DNA of 64,000 nucleotides from a virus. Below the pieces are notes generated by a model. The model saw only the letters and a list, made by a program, of their open reading frames with translations, was not told the DNA's origin and ran no database searches. Of the stretch, positions 58,325-64,000 are shown piece by piece. Each line of letters opens with the position of its first letter. The first letter of the stretch is position 1. The stretch lies in IMG/VR virus record IMGVR_UViG_3300043570_002098. One strand, 5' to 3'. The position numbers and the translations under genes were made by a program.

Positions 58325-59409
58325 TTGGAGGTTTTTTTAATGAAGTTAAGTGCTGATGATATCACTTGGTGCATATCATAATATTTGTATTCAGCTAACC
58401 TACCTCCGAAGTGTATGTTTTCTAATTTGTTGGCGTCATCCCTGTATTTTAAGTACATCTCTGTATTATCTTTATCGTTTACGGGGTAATACGGTTCGGT
58501 CTCTTCTGCTTTGTATTGTGTTGGATACTCCCATGTCACCCATGTTGAGTCTGTTTTAACGTCAGATTCAAAATGTTTGTGTTCTATTGTTCTTGTATGT
58601 ATCGTATCACTATCGGTATAATTCATGACCGCACAACCTTGATGATTATCTGTATCAAATTTAAAATGTTCAAACCTTGTTGTTTTATATTCTAACTCAC
58701 CATATTTGTAATTAAAATATTTGTCTATTGGTCCCGTATAAATTACTTTAGTATGTTCAGGTAATTCATCTTTAAAATAATCAACACCTAATCTAACTTC
58801 AATACCGTCTAACAACTTTTCAAATATTTGTGTATATCCACCAATTGGTATACCTTGATATTTGTCATTAAAATAATTGTTATCGTATGTTAAACGAACA
58901 GGTAGACGAGTTATGATCTCTTTAGGTAATTCTTTAGGGTCTTTTCTCCATTGTTTAGCCGTGTAATGTTTAATTAATTTTTCGTAGATATCTGAACCGA
59001 CTAATTTGATTGCTTGTTCTTCTAAATTAGAAGGAGTATCGATTCCAACTGATTGTGAATCAATAATATCTTGTACTTCTTTTGGTGTAACGACATTCCA
59101 TAACTTATTGAATGTCCACATGTTAAATGGTAAAGAATAGATTTCACCTTTATAATTTGCAACAGGTCTTAATGTGAAATTATTAAATTTAACAAATTGA
59201 TTTATCCATTCCCACACTTCTTCATTAGATGTGTGAAATACGTGAGGTCCATAAGTATGTATATTAACACCGTCTTTGTTCTCAGTGTGGCAGTTGCCTC
59301 CGATATGATTTCTATTATCAATAACACAAATCTTATAACCTTTTTTTGTTAATTCATGTGCGCAGATGGATCCGTAGAAACCAGCCCCAACTATTAAGTA
59401 ATCGTACAT
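58321..59409 (-). CDS. glf: UDP-galactopyranose mutase
   Basis: VGAGFYG, HTYGPHVFH, YFNDKYQGIP..GYT, EPYYP, GRLAEYKYYDMHQ. Confidence 0.95.
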   Translation of the reverse strand: MYDYLIVGAGFYGSICAHELTKKGYKICVIDNRNHIGGNCHTENKDGVNIHTYGPHVFHTSNEEVWEWINQFVKFNNFTLRPVANYKGEIYSLPFNMWTFNKLWNVVTPKEVQDIIDSQSVGIDTPSNLEEQAIKLVGSDIYEKLIKHYTAKQWRKDPKELPKEIITRLPVRLTYDNNYFNDKYQGIPIGGYTQIFEKLLDGIEVRLGVDYFKDELPEHTKVIYTGPIDKYFNYKYGELEYKTTRFEHFKFDTDNHQGCAVMNYTDSDTIHTRTIEHKHFESDVKTDSTWVTWEYPTQYKAEETEPYYPVNDKDNTEMYLKYRDDANKLENIHFGGRLAEYKYYDMHQVISSALNFIKKTSN

Positions 59410-59410
59410 A

Positions 59411-60187
59411 TTATAATTTTATAAAATTATCACAATAAATGTCATTAGTATTTATATGTGAATTACCTTCACCAAACCATACTTTAGGACATATAATTTT
59501 TTTATTTGGGTTTTTTCCTAACCAAGATCCCCACCAACTAAAGGTGCTATTTGTAATAATATGATCATCACACAAAGATGTTAAACACATATCAAATATT
59601 AAATCACCATTACTATATACAATATTTTTATGTTTAAAATTTTCTTTACACCAATTAATATCATCAGATGTAAATACAAATACTGTATTTACATCATTTA
59701 ACATTTCAATTGAATTGTTATAATATTCTAAGGAAGGTTGTGGATGAATATGTGGATTTACTAAATAATCACCCCTCCTAACATGAACTGAAACTAACTT
59801 ATTATCTTTATAATTTTCAATAAATTCATTAACTTCTCGTATAGTGTCTTCTTTAAATTTAAACTCACTTCTAACCACATTTTTACAATGTTGGAAATAT
59901 TTTTCGGTTTGAAAGTAACCAATAAAATTTGTATTATTAACCACATTGAAAATATCTGAATTAAAATGAAAATATGGTTCTCTATATTCATGTTTCGTAA
60001 CAAACGGTTCAATTAAACACTCGTTAAAATTAAAAAATTTAAATAAATAACTATTTTTTTTTGTTTCGGGATCGATGATAATATCATAACCATTTTTATG
60101 TTTAATCCCCAATAGTAAAGAATATTGAAACATTTGATTACCTAATTGACCGTGTCCACCTAAAAGATTGTATGTTATTCCGTCCAT
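59411..60187 (-). CDS. GT11 alpha-1,2-fucosyltransferase
   Basis: GQLGNQMFQY, GYFQ, VHVRRGDY, NSTFSWW. Confidence 0.92.
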   Translation of the reverse strand: MDGITYNLLGGHGQLGNQMFQYSLLLGIKHKNGYDIIIDPETKKNSYLFKFFNFNECLIEPFVTKHEYREPYFHFNSDIFNVVNNTNFIGYFQTEKYFQHCKNVVRSEFKFKEDTIREVNEFIENYKDNKLVSVHVRRGDYLVNPHIHPQPSLEYYNNSIEMLNDVNTVFVFTSDDINWCKENFKHKNIVYSNGDLIFDMCLTSLCDDHIITNSTFSWWGSWLGKNPNKKIICPKVWFGEGNSHINTNDIYCDNFIKL

Positions 60188-60900
60188 ATTTTATATCTTG
60201 ATTTTATATGATTTTCTAAACCTCCAACAGGTAACATTTGAATATCTGAAAAATCTTCTCTTTGAAATGTTAATGGGTATTTTGAAGTAAAACTTTTAAT
60301 TTTATTTTGTGCTGCGAATTTACTAAATTGAGTGTCTATATTCATTTCCTCATAAAATGGAAAATTAAGTAAAATGTCATAACAACTACTATTAATTACA
60401 TATGAATGGCTTGTCGATAAATGTGTAAGTTGATATAAATATTCACCTCTTTTTATCATTGGGGATAGTGGCATACATCCTAAAAAAAACAGATCCCATT
60501 CTACATTCTTTAATTCTTCTATGGTTTTACCTAAAACATCCGTAACATCAATATCGTCATTAAAGATCATATCATCTTCAAAAATTAAAACATTATCAAT
60601 ATTATTATCTTTAGCGTATTGATAAATTTTTAAATGGGACATTAAACATGATCTTTGACCTAACGTGACTTTTTTAATTCTATCTCTGTGATATATATCA
60701 AGATCTGAAACTGGTTCACATAATGGATAACCTTTCTGTGTTAAAATTTCACTTTCTTCTTCACCTAATCTAATCGCACTAATTCTCTCACTATTAATAT
60801 TATATTTATTTAATTCTGTTTTAATTTGATCATTTCTATCTAATCTATCATCTAAATTTATATAACAAACTTTTTTAAAAAAATTGAATGGATTTGACAT
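60175..60900 (-). CDS. GT25 glycosyltransferase
   Basis: YINLD.R.DR, CLMSH, LIFEDD. Confidence 0.85.
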   Translation of the reverse strand: MSNPFNFFKKVCYINLDDRLDRNDQIKTELNKYNINSERISAIRLGEEESEILTQKGYPLCEPVSDLDIYHRDRIKKVTLGQRSCLMSHLKIYQYAKDNNIDNVLIFEDDMIFNDDIDVTDVLGKTIEELKNVEWDLFFLGCMPLSPMIKRGEYLYQLTHLSTSHSYVINSSCYDILLNFPFYEEMNIDTQFSKFAAQNKIKSFTSKYPLTFQREDFSDIQMLPVGGLENHIKSRYKIWTE

Positions 60901-60901
60901 A

Positions 60902-61573
60902 TTAATTATTTTTAAATGGTTTCTTATATTGAGATTCCCAAAATTCTCTGTTCATTGATTGATGACCTCCAATATCACTAACATCATCTGATTTTTGTAT
61001 TAATGATAATGGATATGTTATATATTTTTCTTTAAACGTATTATTTAAAGTTATATCCATATATCTAATTTCAGGATCATTTAAAATAATATCGTAAGTA
61101 TTTTTATTTAAAATATATGCTTGAGTACTAACACAACAATCACATTTAATTAAATTTGGAGATGATAGATTTAATTCGGTATCATGTAAATTAGAACCTA
61201 AAAAAAATATTTCCCAATTGTCTATCTTTGATAATTGATCTAAAGCGGTTTCAATAATGTCAATACCTCTATAATTTTCTGTGTTATAAAATTCAGCATC
61301 ATCTTCTAAAATTAAAACATTTTCATAATTATTTTCTTTTGCAATTTTAATGATTTGTTTATGTGATTCTGCGGCAGCTAAAGTTGCCGATAACATTTTA
61401 TGTTTATCATTTCTTATAAATTCAGTTTTATCAAATGCCTTTACTGCTGAAAATCTTTTAACACAATCAAGTAAATCATATTTTTGTAATTCACTTATCA
61501 TATGTTCATTTCTATCTGTCCTGTAATCTAAATTTATATAAAATCCCGCCGATATAAAATCATTAATTTTCAT
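60902..61573 (-). CDS. GT25 glycosyltransferase
   Basis: YINLDYRTDR, ESH, LILEDD; start uncertain (61573 or 61585). Confidence 0.82.
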   Translation of the reverse strand: MKINDFISAGFYINLDYRTDRNEHMISELQKYDLLDCVKRFSAVKAFDKTEFIRNDKHKMLSATLAAAESHKQIIKIAKENNYENVLILEDDAEFYNTENYRGIDIIETALDQLSKIDNWEIFFLGSNLHDTELNLSSPNLIKCDCCVSTQAYILNKNTYDIILNDPEIRYMDITLNNTFKEKYITYPLSLIQKSDDVSDIGGHQSMNREFWESQYKKPFKNN

Positions 61574-62657
61574 AAAAAAATTCATTTAATAGTTCTTCCC
61601 ACATTTTACCAACTACGGAAATTGAGAATCTGTCTTTTATTGTATTCTTAGCTCTATTTCTTATTTCTTCTTTTAAACCTGGTGTATGTTCTACTTCTAA
61701 AAGTTTATCTTTAACATTACCAGTATAGTCCATATATTGTGCGTCACACGTGACCTTTTCTGTCATCATTTTTTCCATATCTGTTCCATGTGGAAAGTTT
61801 AAGAAAACACATCCCTCTGAAAAATATTCTGGAACGGCACCTAACGCGTATGTTATTACTATAACTCCTGCGGCAACGGCCTCAGCAACTGAACATGAAA
61901 ATGTATCTTTATAAACACATCCATTTGGATGATATAATGGAAATATAAAATAATCAGTTTCTAATAGTTTACTAAATAATGTTTCCTTATCGGTACCATT
62001 TGCATGATTGATGTAATCAAACTTATACATCGGTTCCCATTCTAATTCATTAACCGTTCTTTCTGCAACATCTCCACCTCTACCATATTGGGCATGAAAT
62101 ATTGAACTTCTCATTTTCCTTTCAATTCCACGATTAGAAATTTCATCCATTAAATCTGTCATAATAGGATTTGGAATTATTTTGACTATAGTATTTTTAA
62201 GTTTCTCCACTCCTATTTTAACACTCCATTCATTTTGATCTTCGGCCCATTTTGAAATATTTAAAAATCCCATTCTAATATTTCGTTCGGTACAAAATTC
62301 AATCATTTCATTAATTGAATACACCCAAGCCATATGATACCAATAAATTAATCCTTTGTTAACTTTAAATGGTATTTCGTTGTATTTGTCAAACCACAAT
62401 GCTGAAACTAAAATATCTACTTCACTATTAATTAAATCTCCATATCCAAAATCAACGTATTTTACTCCTCTACATGTTATACCGTCGGTTTTTTCTAAAA
62501 CTATTGTCACATCATGACCCTTTTCCGCAAGATATTCGGAAACTAAAATCATACTCTGATCAGTTCCCGAACATGCGGCACCTCCATTTCTTATAGTGTC
62601 ACCATTTAATATTTTAGGTCTACCAGCTGTACCTATTAATAAAAAAACTATTTTCAT
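61563..62657 (-). CDS. GT4-like (GT-B) glycosyltransferase
   Basis: SGTDQ..V.E.LA..GHDV; DTFSCSVAEAVAAG..GAVPE. Confidence 0.8.
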   Translation of the reverse strand: MKIVFLLIGTAGRPKILNGDTIRNGGAACSGTDQSMILVSEYLAEKGHDVTIVLEKTDGITCRGVKYVDFGYGDLINSEVDILVSALWFDKYNEIPFKVNKGLIYWYHMAWVYSINEMIEFCTERNIRMGFLNISKWAEDQNEWSVKIGVEKLKNTIVKIIPNPIMTDLMDEISNRGIERKMRSSIFHAQYGRGGDVAERTVNELEWEPMYKFDYINHANGTDKETLFSKLLETDYFIFPLYHPNGCVYKDTFSCSVAEAVAAGVIVITYALGAVPEYFSEGCVFLNFPHGTDMEKMMTEKVTCDAQYMDYTGNVKDKLLEVEHTPGLKEEIRNRAKNTIKDRFSISVVGKMWEELLNEFFYEN

Positions 62658-63910
62658 TAGATTGTTTTTTCGTAACGATCACTCCATTGTTTATCTTCAT
62701 CAAATAAATACATCACAATCTTTCCAGGTTTCTCAATACACTCTAAATTTACAGTAGTTTTATTATTTTCTAAATTCACATATTGTGGAGTCTCCTCAAT
62801 TGTGAAATCTTTTCGATATAATTCAATTCCAGCATTTGTATGAATTGCAAACGTTAAAAACTTAGGATTTTTAAATTCAAACTTTTTGAAGAATTCTAAA
62901 TCCCACTCTAAAGTCAAATCATATTTGTTTCTAATAAATTGAGCTTCCCAATCTGGCGGGTTTGGTGGTGTTTTAACTTTTAAAGTATAATCTTGAAGTA
63001 AACATTTTTTAAAATCAAAACCTCCATATACTTCATAGTCATGTAAAGATCTAACTTTACCTAACCCATAATTTCCCATATCAATACCATATTCTTCTGT
63101 TCCGAATAGTTGACGTGTTTTGTTACGTGCAAATACGTCTCTTTCTCCACTTGTTTTCTTTGTTTCACTATTAACACCATGATCGTCCCAATGTTTAACA
63201 CGATAGTTTCTTGTATATTCGTGCCACATAATCATACGATATGGACTATAGAAGTCATAACCATTAGTAAATGCACGAACACTTAATGTAGTTTCTTCAG
63301 TATAACCACCAAAGTAGATATCTGGATCGTACGGAACTTCTTTTATAAATTTACCATATGTAAAGTAGAAATGACCACTCATTGTTCTAGCCTTAATAAC
63401 CTCAGTTCTTGTTTTATAATCTTGAATATACCAAGGCATACTCATTAATAATCTATCTCCACTAAATTCATATTGAGACATTAAACACGGAGTTGGAATC
63501 CATTTATCTTCGGATTCTTTCGGATTAAATGGAGTACAATACGTAGTTATAATTGGTTTTTTATCAAGTTTTTTCGCTTGTTTAAAATCTTCTAAAACCA
63601 TAACATCCCAATCTTGAACAAATCTATGATGGGAATCAATTTGTAAAGTATACTCTTCATCATCATATAATGTATTAGTGATGTGTCTAGCCCAACCTAA
63701 ACCCTCACTTTCACTGTAGTGATGTTTACTAATTCTAAATTTTTCAATACCGTCAAACATTGTGATAGGTTCACTACTATCATATTGCCAACAAATACCG
63801 AATGTTAAATTTTGTGGATTTTTTGCCTTGTTAATCATATCCTCAATTGTAGGGACTAACTCAGGATCTCTGTAAGATGCGATCTGTACGAAAATTTTAC
63901 CTTTCTTCAT
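62657..63910 (-). CDS. GT60-like (Skp1-hydroxyproline GlcNAc-transferase-like) glycosyltransferase
   Basis: IFVQIASYRDPEL, QIDSHHRF, EVPYDP..F..EE. Confidence 0.8.
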   Translation of the reverse strand: MKKGKIFVQIASYRDPELVPTIEDMINKAKNPQNLTFGICWQYDSSEPITMFDGIEKFRISKHHYSESEGLGWARHITNTLYDDEEYTLQIDSHHRFVQDWDVMVLEDFKQAKKLDKKPIITTYCTPFNPKESEDKWIPTPCLMSQYEFSGDRLLMSMPWYIQDYKTRTEVIKARTMSGHFYFTYGKFIKEVPYDPDIYFGGYTEETTLSVRAFTNGYDFYSPYRMIMWHEYTRNYRVKHWDDHGVNSETKKTSGERDVFARNKTRQLFGTEEYGIDMGNYGLGKVRSLHDYEVYGGFDFKKCLLQDYTLKVKTPPNPPDWEAQFIRNKYDLTLEWDLEFFKKFEFKNPKFLTFAIHTNAGIELYRKDFTIEETPQYVNLENNKTTVNLECIEKPGKIVMYLFDEDKQWSDRYEKTI

Positions 63911-64000
63911 GTATAATTGATTTTTTTATAATATAAGAAAATAATGTGGAAAATAAAAGTCAATCAAATTTCTTTTTTAAATGTTTTTTGACTATTATTT

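Noticed and set aside
1-64000. Stop-codon recoding, CRISPR array, introns/inteins in MCP, portal or TerL
   Set aside because: Core genes are intact in the standard code, no suppressor tRNA is present (the UGA anticodon is ordinary Ser), no repeat-spacer array was seen, and no intein motifs were seen

Overview
Segment of a large, AT-rich T4-like (jumbo/huge) phage genome using the standard genetic code. The host is probably a Bacteroidota, based on TAnnTTTG promoters, Bacteroidota-style lipoproteins and a bS21 with Tyr54. In order, the window holds: baseplate/virion genes (1-7 kb); a head module (MCP, scaffold, protease, portal, TerL) with an antisense ribosomal protein bS21 inserted (7-20 kb); an NTase, two KTSC proteins, Hsp20 and an N-domain-less ClpC; an RNA-repair trio; a ~14.4 kb minus-strand cell-envelope cluster (28.2-42.6 kb: CsgG-like pore, beta-barrels, cohesin/dockerin-like lectin proteins, T9SS-CTD-like lipoproteins, PspC, lipase); five tRNAs separated by structured non-coding elements; a ~0.8 kb GOLLD-like RNA; a tmRNA; probable ejection proteins; and a glycosylation cluster. 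The best candidate for an undescribed system is the envelope cluster together with a ~65-nt sRNA at its far end (28175-28241). That sRNA is complementary to the cluster's leader and to several of its translation starts. Also notable are a TATTTATA motif usually 4 nt before ATG (possible leaderless late mRNAs) and two further small RNAs, one carrying an orphan Shine-Dalgarno sequence. All calls come from reading motifs by eye; no searches or folding programs were run.
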